From positions 49,894-69,893 of the forward strand of contig KZ538446.1 of NCBI GenBank assembly GCA_000934665.2: a stretch of 20,000 nt of DNA. The letters are read 5' to 3'. The translations under genes and the position numbers were made by a program. This DNA comes from Catajapyx aquilonaris (Eukaryota). This document shows, in pieces, positions 1-11,048 of this stretch (the first letter of the stretch is position 1; each line of letters starts with the position of its first letter). The notes under the pieces were generated by a model, which was not told the DNA's origin, searched no databases, and worked only from the letters and a program-made list of their open reading frames with translations.

Positions 1-2780
1 AGATTTACAGGGATTTGCTGTCGTCTTTGCATCTCATGCGGTAGGAATTGTGGTGCAAACACACTCTATACGGAATGGATATAAAATGTGATGTGATAAC
101 AATGCCAAGTAAGAGTTGGAGACGCTTTTCGGAATAAATAGCAATTTCAATAATGAAAATAATTTAAACCTGAATTGTCGCGCAAAATTTATGCGACTGG
201 TTTTTAATGCAATGAACAGCTATGAAAGTTTATAAACAAAAAATTGACACAATCAAATTTTCCACAACTTTTGCATAATCTCGCAGGCTTTTCGAGCACC
301 CATCCTAATTTTCGCAATAATTTTAAGCCGTTGCAAAAAATTCTCTCCGGCCCGTAAATATGCTGATTATTGTGAGGAATATTACATCAAATTTGTATAA
401 AAAATGTACTTTGCAACCTTTTAGGCATAACCAATGCAAAGTAATGTTCAAATCATACTTGCACACAATTTATGTCATAAACTAAATGGATTCGACATAA
501 CGTACACTCATTTCTAAGACCATATGATGAGAATCCATTTTCCTTTAGAAATTGAAACTCGGATATTTGTTTGGAGGTAGAATCAACTACACCCACTCGA
601 TCAATCCCATTTTCTTCCATCATAAGATTGATAGACCTCCATTATTTGAACTGAGATGTGTTTGCTCTTGCACCGGATCATTTCTTCCCCCATTGTAAAT
701 ATCACAGACGACTTCCTATTACAGGAGTCGCGTCATTATGTCCCCCCGTGTTTTTCCTCTTCAGGCGATGGGAATATCTCGCGCTCATTCCGAGAGAGTG
801 TGCACGTAAGCGTGGTTTAACCGTTTCTAAATCGCATTATATGAAATTACTGGAATATAACACACGACCCGCCATGAACCCAGCCTCGTGGAAAGAGCTC
901 TCCCAGCGCGCCTCTTTTCCTCGGTTATCAGATTTCCAGCCACCAGAACAGGGTTACATATCAAGGTTTTCATATGTAGGATTTTCTCCCTTAGGACCCG
1001 CCAATTTCGGTTAGCCACACGAACTGAACCTGGGTGATATATATGGGCTGGATAGGTGCACTAACCCTACCCCAAACTCCAGGAGAAAAAAAAAACCCGG
1101 GAGAGACCACAGTCCCATTTCGGGTCGTTGGGTTTCCAGGGGGTTAATGCGGTGTATGTTGGTTAGGGCAAGTTAAATTGCACTCGGAGACAAGATCCGC
1201 GGCTGACAAACGCAATCGATGGTCCTCGACCATGCATGGCTACAGTGAGGAATCGGTTTCAGCTGAGCGAGGGATTGAAGGAATAGAGAGAAAAAAAAAC
1301 CGCTCTCGCTCTCTGGATTTTTGGGCGAGTTTTTTTTTTCCTCCGGAACTGTAGGAGTCCGAAAAAAAAGAGTAGTGCCCCGTGCATTTGCGGGCAGCCA
1401 ATCCCCAGGACAACACGCTTGAATGCGACTTCCATTTGTTGCGGCGCTAAGAGCCACCATCGGCGACAAGCTGCAGCTGAATCGCATCCCCTTCCCATCG
1501 GACACATAAATATCCTGCTCTTGACGGAGGATCTGGCCCGATGCTGCCTTTCGATAACGTCCCGGGAAAGATGCGGACGGAATCGCTAACAAGGGACGTC
1601 CCTATCCTATACTCTCCCTGTTAGTGTCCAACAATGCTGGCCATAGACACTCGCAAACCATCAGATAATATGCATGCTGACCTAAATAATGTTAGCAAAA
1701 AAATGTGCTAGCTTGGAGCAGGAAACTGAAATTAATTCTAGATTTAGCTAAACAACTGTGGCTGTCAGATATGTAATGAAAATATTAATTATAATAATAC
1801 TAACAAAAAATAGCTGAAAGTGAATAATACTTAGCGCTATACTGAATAAGCCAGTGTTACAACGATTTCATCCAACTTCAGAGTGAATAAAAAGAAAAGT
1901 GTGGCTCAAATTAGCTGGTACAGTACAAGAACTGGAGATGCCTTAGAGTGTCGCTACAGTACCGAGCGCAATTAATGCATTGCCCAGGGTGTGTGCAAGG
2001 GAGTCAACAATCCGACTCGAGGGAGAGAACACTGCACATCGTCGCAATCAGAGATATCCTTTGTGCACTAGACAGCTGGTTTATGAAAGCAGATTTGCGC
2101 TATCGCAAAGCCGCCTCTCCGCAAAGTGCAAAATCTACCCTTAAGAACTGTTCCGTATTTTTGCAAAAAATCGTCAGAGAGCCTGCATCTGTGTTGGCTC
2201 TTAACTGACAGTTTAAACATGGTGGTAAAACCGATCATCGTATTGTAGTAATTTACAAGCCTTATACAGAGGAAGGGTCGGGTATGGAAAAGGGGGAGGT
2301 GGAAATGATTGAAATGACATTGGCCGCATGAAATTGCGCCATTCATCTTAATTTACGTTGGACCTAATTCGAGGCGAGGTCATGGTGTTGATTATCCAGA
2401 AACTTCCTCGTGTTTCGGCACAAAATGATTAATTATTTCGCACTCAACCAGGCAGGTTTTCTGGCGCACGTGGATGGCAAGCTGGAGCAAATGTCGACAT
2501 CTTTTTTTGCTTATTATTCATTTTCCCGGAGCAAAACCTTCAATTCTAATGTCCAGCCTTCCCCACGTCAACACGGGAATTATTAACTCTCGGTACAAAT
2601 TAATTCCCCCTCGATGTGTAGTGATTTATTGCGTTATAAATGAACGCGGTTCAACAACAAGGCATTCTACATAATTAATGCGACAAAAGAGCATTTGGTC
2701 AGTGTTGGCCAATACAATGATTTCAGATCTGGCAGCATCCATCAATTATTGTTACTTTTATATGTAAATAATGTAACGAA

Positions 2781-2801
2781 TTATTTTGTGGGTTTCAGCA
2801 G
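2781..2801 (+). other. 3' splice acceptor of the Dpr exon, tandem NAGNAG (CAG-CAG)
   Basis: TTATTTTGTGGGTTTCAG|CAG|AC. AG at 2797-2798 and 2800-2801; both preserve the reading frame (phase 1). Confidence 0.8.
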
Positions 2802-3031
2802 ACAGGCCACCAGACAGGCAGCAGAACTTCCAAAAGTTCTTCTGGTTCGAGTTCACCACGGCTCCGTTGTCTCCCATATATTACGACGAGTATGAGGTTG
2901 GAACAGAGACGCCAGCCACACAGGAGCCTCTACCATACTTCGAGAGTGACATGGCAACAGCCAACGTCACAGCCCAACTTGGTGACACAGCCTTCCTGCA
3001 CTGTCGAGTGCACGACCTCAACGACAAAACG
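2799..3031 (+). CDS. dpr: Internal coding exon of a Dpr-family (often auto-annotated zig-8-like) two-Ig-domain cell-surface protein: N-terminal linker plus first half of Ig domain 1. Paralog not assignable.
   Basis: Seen: in the frame of ORF 2786..3103 the exon reads DRPPDRQQNFQKFFWFEFTTAPLSPIYYDEYEVGTETPATQEPLPYFESDMATANVTAQLGDTAFLHCRVHDLNDKT. It is bounded by TTTCAG (AG 2797-2798, phase 1) and ACG|GTAAGT (3032-3037, phase 0). Knowledge: PYF...NVTAxLGxTAxLHCRVxxLxDKT followed by an intron before VSW(I/V)R is typical of arthropod Dpr Ig1. The exon contains the first Ig cysteine and an NVT N-glycosylation sequon. The ORF residues after 3031 are intron read-through. Confidence 0.93.
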
Positions 3032-3037
3032 GTAAGT
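3029..3037 (+). other. 5' splice donor of the Dpr exon
   Basis: ACG|GTAAGT, a consensus intronic donor at the point where Dpr similarity stops. Confidence 0.9.
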
Positions 3038-4610
3038 TTCAGCATATATACACCCGCGTACCCTTTTAAACGCATCTTCCAGGCTACATTAGGTTCTTTC
3101 TGAGCTAATGCACCCTGTTAATGGCTGCATGGAAGAGCAACGGGATCCGATTATGTGTCCCGGAATATAGTCTGCAGTACAAGTAGTAATACAGTCTGCG
3201 GCACACTCTTGGCACCTGCAGTGAAAGGCCTGGGGGGCGCCCGTGTCCGAGCCTCATTGTTCTTCTGGAGTGGCCCAGGGGCACACCACGCACCGCGCAC
3301 TTCATTAAATCCTCGAAAAGGTTCATTTCGGCGTATGATATGAGAGGGGGGGAGATCTGCGGCTGGTGATAAATTTCCGGGTTTCCAATTCCGGGCCTGG
3401 GCTGGCGGCCATTCCGATTGATTCCTGCGCCGACACCGGGCACACCAACTTGGTATGCCCTGTCCGAGAACAAAATCACTCCGTGCAGTACATCTACAAG
3501 ATGTGAAAAGTCATTACGAAATGGTTCTGCACTGCAGCCTCACCCCCCTTTTTCGGATTATAATTATGTGTTCTTGAATTATAAGTTAGCAGGATGGGGC
3601 CTGGAGTTAAATGCATCCCAGAGTTCATATTTGATACGGAAACGGTGGCCAGCCGTTTTCTGTTTATTATGTAGATGTACTGTACAGTACATTACGAATT
3701 CATCCTTCGCACTTTTACTTGCAACACTTGCTAAAAATATCGCAACAGCATGGAGTGAATTGGTCAATAATCCAGGGACAACATATGAGAAGACTGGCTC
3801 TTAAGATACAGAATGGACAATGTTAAAATTATAAAAGTAAATACAGTAAGTCATAACAAAAATTTGCCGCGTCAACCAACTGTGCGCGCATTGTATTGAT
3901 GCCTGCAGAACATTGTTCAATCCAGCAAACTTTGAGTATTTAATGACCACCAAAGCATGCATTAACAGTATGCACTCTGTGTTTATTAAAACTGGCTATC
4001 ACCTGAATATTACTTCGGTTTTTAAATACAAAACTAGTAATGATTGAGTCAATTGAAAGTAAAACGCCCAAAACTCATTGATTGCTTGCTATTTCAAGTG
4101 TATAGAAAAAGTGACAAGCTCCTCCCAATTAAGAAAGTAAGGATGAATATTATCGGATTTCTGATTGGATGCGACGCAGCCGAGAGAGATTAAGCACAGA
4201 GCAGTTAAGCGTGATTCACTGGATCACCACGTCAGCAATTGGAACCCCCTCCTCTTCTACCAATAGTTCTTGGAAGAAAATAAACCCATCGATTTCTGTT
4301 AGGAGACGAATCGAAGGGAGTTCCTTGTGGCTACAAACTTTCCGAGCGAGATTGGGACAGACATTCAATCTGACCCGACCCTTTCCAAAGGGACGTGAAG
4401 ACCTCTCTTTCCAGATATGTCACGAAATGAGACCCAGATAAGACTTGGTCCACTTCACCCTCCTAGACACAGATGATTCAGACAAACTTTACAGGGTGAA
4501 GCATCGGCGGATCACTGTCTATGTGTCATGACGATACGTGTTCATCAAGCCTGCTTCTGCGGTGATCAACTTGACTCGATTAGCACCTCCCCGATAGAAT
4601 GGACATCGCT

Positions 4611-4672
4611 GCCAGTCGTAATGAGAGTGGTCAGGAGAGCACTTTGGCATGAATTTGAATCCTGGTTGGTGC
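4611..4672 (+). mobile_element. Possible decayed tRNA(Ser/Leu)-like SINE head (Pol III A/B-box remnants)
   Basis: CAGTCGTAATGAGAGTGGTCAGG resembles the tRNA-Ser 5' end (TAGTCGTGGCCGAGTGGTTAAGG). GGCATGAATTTGAATCC (4646-4662) resembles GGCGTGGGTTCGAATCC. GCCAGTC (4611-4617) can pair with GGTTGGT (4664-4670) using G:U pairs. Both boxes are degenerate. Confidence 0.25.
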
Positions 4673-4718
4673 AGGAAACGGGTTAACGCAATTTCTGTCC
4701 AGACTTTTTATGCATCTG

Positions 4719-4771
4719 AATCTAACCTGATGAAAGGCCACGGGTCGAGGAGAGAAACCAGTTATTACATT
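4719..4771 (+). ncRNA. Degenerate minimal type-I hammerhead ribozyme-like motif (probably inactive)
   Basis: AATCTAAC-CTGATGA(4727-4733)-AA-GGCC-ACG-GGTC-[GAGGAGA]-GAAA(4754-4757)-CCAG-TT-ATTACATT. Stem I has 6 of 8 pairs and stem II has 4 bp. There is a 7-nt extra segment before GAAA. Confidence 0.3.
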
Positions 4772-5653
4772 ACAGGGTGCTTGGGCCGGACTCAATATAA
4801 TGTGGTCCCTCCGCATCACAATCATAGAGGAATTTCTGTATAATAATTACAGAACAATGCCACACGCCAGACGTACAATGGTATAAAGTTAGTCAACCTC
4901 TCTGAATTTAAAGGCGTGTTTAAGTTGCGCAACGTTTCTGTAAAATGGCGTCATCTCGTAAAATTCGAGCATTGTTGCCAGGCTTTTTTTGGATCCCTCG
5001 TTCTAAACAAGCTGGGGCATTAGTTGCACACTTTCATTCCGGCTCACAGGTAGTTCAAACACCCGAAACGAGCCCCCCCAATCCCCACCCGACCCCCACT
5101 TTGCTGCTGCTACACTTTTGATTAATACCCGGCTCCTCTCTCGAGTTAACCACTTCATCAAAACGTTGTCAGCTTTTTAAAAGAGCGCAGTGAAGTTTCG
5201 CAGGGGGGAGGGTTTCAGGATGGCGTCGCTAAATATGGCCGTAAATTTTAATTGTTACATGAATCACTATAAATGGGCGATAAAAAATGGGCCATGGAGA
5301 CCCAGTCAAATCGATTCCAGTTTAACTTTTTTCACCCCTAGTCTGTGTGATGCAGTCTTCTTCTCTTTTTTTTTAACCCTCCGCAGAATAAAGCCAGGGC
5401 GGTAGTAAAAGTAAATAAACTTTTTGGAGCCGGGGCGTCGTTTGCTTTGTTAGTCATGAGGGATTATAGAAATAGACCTGTACGCCACATGGGCCAATAT
5501 TGCTTCTTTATTGCCAGGGCGGAATGGTGGTTATTGAGCCCGGAGGAATTTTCCTGGCTTCCAGATATATGAATGCCATTGTGATGTGGTCAGAATCGAT
5601 CATTGCAACATAATGAGAGGCCACCATTTCAAGGCACGATAGTGCAATAATAT

Positions 5654-5674
5654 AGAGAGAGAAGAGAGAGAGAG
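5654..5674. repeat. Interrupted (GA)n microsatellite
   Basis: AGAGAGAGAAGAGAGAGAGAG seen directly. Confidence 0.85.
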
Positions 5675-8137
5675 GGCTTAATCAACGTGGGGCGACAAAG
5701 CAACCGTGCTGCGTGCAAATTTATAGAAGGCATTGTATACAAAGTGACGTATTGCGGGGTTTGGCTCAGTTCTGGCCCAGATCTAAGGCGGTAAATTGAG
5801 CTTGTAATGATACAATGAGTGGTTACTGGTTACTAAATCGTTTGCTGCAAGTCATGTGCTATACCAACTGATTTTTTTTTTTAAATCTCCGATCATGTAC
5901 GATCGTTCATAATCTGACGCAGGTTTATGAAAGGCTTCCCTTGGAACGTCACTTGAGGTAGAGAACATGGACAGGTGCATGAGTTGCAAATATAGGCCAG
6001 TGCGTGCGAGAGTGAGCGACATGTGCGAATATCGCGAGTGCGACTGACACCTCACCCCCTACCTCCTCAACTCCTGTAAGTCAACTCACCCTGCTGGAGT
6101 AAGTGCGATATGATCAACTGTCATCTACACATCACACGCATTAAGAGTTAGGTGTAGCCGTATATCGATTCCTGCATTGCCAGCTCATATCATTTGTCGA
6201 CTTCTTTTGCATTGTTGCTTGGAATATAATATTCTTTTTGGTCAAGAAGGTGTCTCAGAATTATCGACAATGAAAGAGCAGTCATTAAATTGCTGTACTT
6301 TTTGATCCCAAAATTATTATGCGTCATTCTAGATTGCATTGGAATCAGTAAACACGTGAACATATTTAAGCATAATTATACTCGTACATGTAATTAAGGA
6401 TAGGCGGATAACGCTGTTTTATGCACAAAAGTGCATGAATATATTCAACTGACAGAATAATAATTCAAAGGGATTGTATGGCCCAGCAAATTATACGTAA
6501 CACACTTGATTGAATAACGTTATGCACATAGTCTACACATAATAATATATTATACTCCTATACTTATGAGTAAACAATTTTACATATTTAGAAACAAAAA
6601 TTAATAAAATACACACAAAAATGATATGTCCGCAGTAAGAGGGTAGATGTTGTTTATTTATTCAAAATTTTACCTAACTTAATATAATTTAAAATCACTA
6701 ACTTTTATCATTTATGCCGATGGACATTATTTTCAAACCTTCGCATGCACCACTTTGATCGTTCTGCATTCAGAAAATTACATATGTGCAATTTGCACAA
6801 AACGCAGTACCCATTCGCCTCAGTTCCCCGTACAGCACACGATGTACTGTGCAAAACCTTCTGTTCCAGATATGAAAAGAAGTACTGCCTTTTATATGAT
6901 TATGTCTATTAGAGCATACACACATACTCCATTGTTGCCTATTGAATTAGCGCTCATCTTTCTTCCAGCCCCCCCCCCCAAAAAAAAACCGGCTTAAGCA
7001 CTACTTTCATATGCATATGTGGAGTAATAAGGTCGCGGATCGTGTCAAGTCGCTGACTCGAGCATTTCCCTTTTCCATGTTGCTCGGGTCCGCTTAATTC
7101 CTATTAATTAAGCAGGATCATTAGATTGACGTTGCCGGTCTCATGTAGACACTGCCTTCCCCTTTGATCTTTTGAGTGTGACGTTACTTATTTAAGAGCA
7201 GTAGGGAGGGGGGGATGGGTCCGAATTGAATCAGTCGTGTATAAAAGAATCAAAAGTGTTCTCTCCCTCGATACAGCACGGAAAAGGACTTCTCCTAACG
7301 CACGGCCTGTCCTTAAAAAATTAATAACCGAGGGTTGGAAGAGCATCAATTTTTCTTGCACGTCAGATGTTATCACCAGGGCCCCCTCGCCATCGGAATC
7401 GCTTTGTGTAGAACATAAAGTGCCTCTCGGAATTCACACCAAGTAAATTGCTATCAAGCCTCGGCGGTAAATCCGCACCTGGTGTTCCCCTGTATCAGAT
7501 CATTTTGTTTCCTCCGCAGCACTGGATAACGAAGCAGTAGATAAAAAAAGAAAATAGAAAAACAAGGTTCTGGCACTGCTTCTGCTTCCTTTTTTCTGAC
7601 GTGATTCATGCAGGAGCTGGGCACTGCGCATGTTGAGGAGACATAAATCTACTCAGGCAAAAGCAACGCTTGTATATACGCGCTGTCTCACATTTGAAGA
7701 TTTAGCGACGCCGTATTTCAGCTATGTCGAATTTACAGTTCGTGTTCCATCGGAACCGAGTGGACGCCAGACTTGCTGCACGTGACAGAAATCATTTGCG
7801 CGTAATATATTTCCCTCAGACCCGACCCCACCCACCCACCGCCACCCATTCTGCTTCATGGCTGTACAGTACAGCTCGGATGTCTTCACTGTACTGCTTC
7901 CAAGATCGTTTCAATATAACGCCCATGAGACAATAACTTCTTATCAAAAAGGCGGGATTGTACAGTGGTAAAAAAAATCGGCTTAGGCTGGAAAAGTGAC
8001 GGAAATTATCAAAAAAGAAGATTTGTCATGTACTGCTGAAATTAATGATTCCACTGTTACTTTTACGACCGAAAATGTTTCTTCTTAATTTCAACTGATA
8101 CAAATAAGTAGTATCCCAAGAGAGATGGTCTACTTAC

Positions 8138-8264
8138 CGTAAGCAACATTTCTTTCTTCTTGGATCTCCCTGTATAGGCTATCCAGACATCAGCCGCAAT
8201 ACTGTAGTTCAATAACTTCAACAACAACGGAAGCACATCACATCAAGTCATACGAAGTCTGCGC
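8138..8264 (-). pseudogene. Possible antisense exon relic (127 nt, one in-frame TGA)
   Basis: Minus strand TTTCTACCAACTTATAG|GCGC...CTTACG|GTAAGT. Translation RRLRMT*CDVLPLLLKLLNYSIAADVWIAYTGRSKKKEMLLT. Confidence 0.2.
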
Positions 8265-8972
8265 CTATAAGTTGGTAGAAATACCTTGTTGAATTAAAGT
8301 CATGTAATATTATTTCTCCTGCTAATACAATATAAAATTTTCCGGATGCGCATCAGCGTACAGTAGACTATTTTACTACTGTACGGCATAATTATAACAT
8401 ACTGAACTGTAGCCGAATATTTTCCCGGAGCAAACTATCTCTTGTTCACTGCACGTTGCAGCGTGTAGTTTTACAAAATAGGCTAAAACACAATGTATAT
8501 TTTTCATATTTAAGCCAAAATAGCGCCTCTCACGCAGATATTTACAGATGTGTTGTTTGTTGACTCCACAAAATACTCATAAGCAGCTCACGGCATTCCT
8601 GACAATGAACCGGCCAGCAATACAATACTGACCTGTAATCCTTAAATGCAATTTTGAACCATAATTAAAATAAATAGTGTGCAACCATGCAAGCTGGAAC
8701 ACACTCTGCCTAACTTTAACGTCGTTTCCATATCAAATCTGAGTCCAAACCCATCCTCACCAAGAGTGATTCTGGTATGTACCACGAACACTATATTATT
8801 TTCATTACTTTTATTATCCAATAAGTAATTCTTTTTGAAGTTCCCGACATGTTAACTAAAGTAACGATGCATCACGACCAAAAACCCAATTCGGGGAACA
8901 CGGTCACGAACCAGTACCGGTACCCGCTTTGCTTATGGCCCGTGCAGTGCACCTGCTCTCAAATTAAAGCCA

Positions 8973-8976
<4 letters not shown>

Positions 8977-9010
<34 letters not shown>
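8977..9010. repeat. (TC)17 microsatellite
   Basis: Perfect TC dinucleotide run seen directly. Confidence 0.97.
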
Positions 9011-9014
<4 letters not shown>

Positions 9015-9298
9015 TTCCGTGGTGCGGCCAGGATTTTGCAAAAGGTGTGGCAAAAGCAGAGAGAGTCCCATCCCTCATGTAAGCCCCCATGGTTGGAGAA
9101 ACTAAGAGCAGTAAGCGGTAATTCAGTTGGGTCGGAAGCGGTGCAGAAATTCCATTCTGACTGAACGACATTAATTACAAGTTAGGCAAACCTTGCCAGA
9201 TGATTGCGATCGCAAATGGAAAATTCATTTGTGTTTCTCTCTCAAAGGCTGCAAATCACCTGATTTTGTGAAAAGAAACGTGTAACTCAAGTAGGTGC

Positions 9299-9347
9299 GG
9301 GGGGGGGGGGGGGNNNNNNNNNGGGGGGGGGGGGGGGGGGGGGGGGG
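9299..9347. other. Poly-G tract containing a 9-N assembly gap (N at 9314-9322)
   Basis: G15, N9, G25 seen directly. Confidence 0.97.
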
Positions 9348-10995
9348 CTCCTTTTTTGGGTAAACAAGTTTCCAGGAAATTTGCGAGCAGGCTTAATCCA
9401 AAAGGGAGCAACAAAGTGCGATTGATGTGACTCTTTAAGGTCTTTCGTCTAGCTCTTTTTTTCTCTCTCCCTGTGTGCTGGATCCCTGTTTGATCCGGAT
9501 CGAGGTCCCAATTTGGACGCGCGTGCCACGACTGGTCGAAATAAAAACAGGCCCCGGAAAAATCAACTATTTACGTATTCCATTTGTTGGCTGATGACAT
9601 TTCACTTTCGCCGCGCTCCAAACCAGGCCTATGTCACGCCCCAGCTTCGTTTATGGGGTGGGGGTAAAGGGGAATAGCTCAGGGTAAACATGCCAAGTCC
9701 AGATTTTACCCCTTCTGTGACTGTGTAATGTGCTGTACACACTGAAACTTAAATTCTGTGGTCAATTTCTCCAAATGTGCTAACAAATGCAATTTTTGCG
9801 GAAATGGCAAGAATGACAGTTGGCAGGATCTAAATATTAAATGGATTAAAATTGCAAGGGTGAGAAGCTGGACATTCTCTAATAATGCGGTGATGTCCGC
9901 AAGTCCTATGCATTATTGTGCAGCATTAACAATTAAGCGCACAAAGCAAGTGTCCAGCCCCTAAAAATATACAACAATGACTGATGCAGCTTTGCATATT
10001 TCATAATGCTTCAGACAAGAGCAACACCGCATTGAATATTTTACACCCATGCACAATTTTCTGAAAAATTTTTATAACTAATTTCCAGCAGCTTTTAGCC
10101 ATATTCGCGGAGGGGATGAATTGAAGGGCTTCCAAACTTGAATTTTCGGGAGCACTTTTAGTTTATGAACCTCAGTCAGCTCTCAGCGATATATTCAGCT
10201 GGGGGCTCATCCCTTCTTGTCTCAAGTTCTTATACGCACAATCGCAATCCTGGGAGGCGAATCCTTACCACAACCTCTCATTTGGCGCGAGCTTTAATTC
10301 CAGCCCCGGGAAACGGGCTTATCTCAAAACCAAAGCCGGGCAAAAGCCCTGGGGGTCCTTCCCAGCCCTGGGATTTTGGGGGGAGAGCTGCGCAGAAAAC
10401 GCTTTCGTCATAGAGATTTAGATTCCCTCAGGACAGGCCTTTAGGCGTGCTATCGAAGCCTGATATCGACATACTACCCCCTCCCCCTCCTACCAGCCAA
10501 AAAAATTGTCCTCTCAGACTTTTTAGGGGAGAGCTATGTGTAATAGGGAGGGGCAAAACCCAGACCTCGATTGATTGGCCGGATCTGGGCGAGAAAAATG
10601 CTCGATTTATTCCTCCAGAATCCGCATTACATATTCGCTGACAAATCTGCAAAATTACATTTTACGTGGTGGAGATAATGCAAAGGTAAAGCTGTTCTAT
10701 TGAACTCACATTGACCGGGAGATACACAAAAGCGACAAAAAATTGGAACAGTCTCAAAAGAAATATGCCATACATTTTTCTCCCCAATGAAATATCGTTA
10801 TTTCAGGCACTAATTTCATGCGCTCTGATTGCACCGAGATATTGCCAATCCTCATAAATTGGGGAACCGTGACCCGGAATATGAATGCACGTTGGGGCAT
10901 TAGATGAAAATGTCCGCCACCTCATCAGCGCTCATTATGAAACTAACGCCCTCTTCCCAACTTCCTTCTTAATTGCACCAGTTAATTCATCATAT

Positions 10996-11048
10996 TCTCT
11001 CTCTCTCTCTAGCTCTCTGTCTCTCTATCTATATCTATATTCTTCTCT
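10996..11048. repeat. Compound (TC)n / TCTA-TA low-complexity repeat
   Basis: TCTCTCTCTCTCTCTAGCTCTCTGTCTCTCTATCTATATCTATATTCTTCTCT. Confidence 0.8.

Noticed and set aside
2474..2674. ORF MASWSKCRHLFLLIIHFPG... as the Dpr signal-peptide exon
   Set aside because: The hydrophobic core is short, and there is no GT donor right after it (CCCG|GAGC) to give a phase-1 junction to 2799.
3032..3103. ORF continuation VSFSIYTPAYPFK...
   Set aside because: It starts at the GTAAGT donor and lacks the invariant Ig tryptophan (VSW), so it is intron read-through.
4396..4406. TGAAGACCTCT shared with 17512-17522
   Set aside because: Many 11-mer matches are expected by chance in 20 kb, and the flanks do not align convincingly.
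4169..4441. 90-aa ORF as a Penelope GIY-YIG or RT fragment upstream of the hammerhead-like motif
   Set aside because: No recognisable GIY-YIG or RT motif; only a vague R..E..W.Q pattern.
5755..5810. A-box-like TGGCTCAGTTCTGG (tRNA or SINE?)
   Set aside because: No B box and no cloverleaf downstream.
6076..6104. Cluster of donor-like GTAAGT (+, 6076 and 6099) and GTGAGT (-, 6089-6084)
   Set aside because: No supportable upstream open exon with Dpr-like or other recognisable coding content.
9661..9712. GGGGAATAGCTCAGGGTA tRNA-Ala-like 5' end within a GGGGTAAA/TTTACCCC inverted repeat
   Set aside because: No T-arm/B box or acceptor stem; an 8-bp inverted repeat is within chance.
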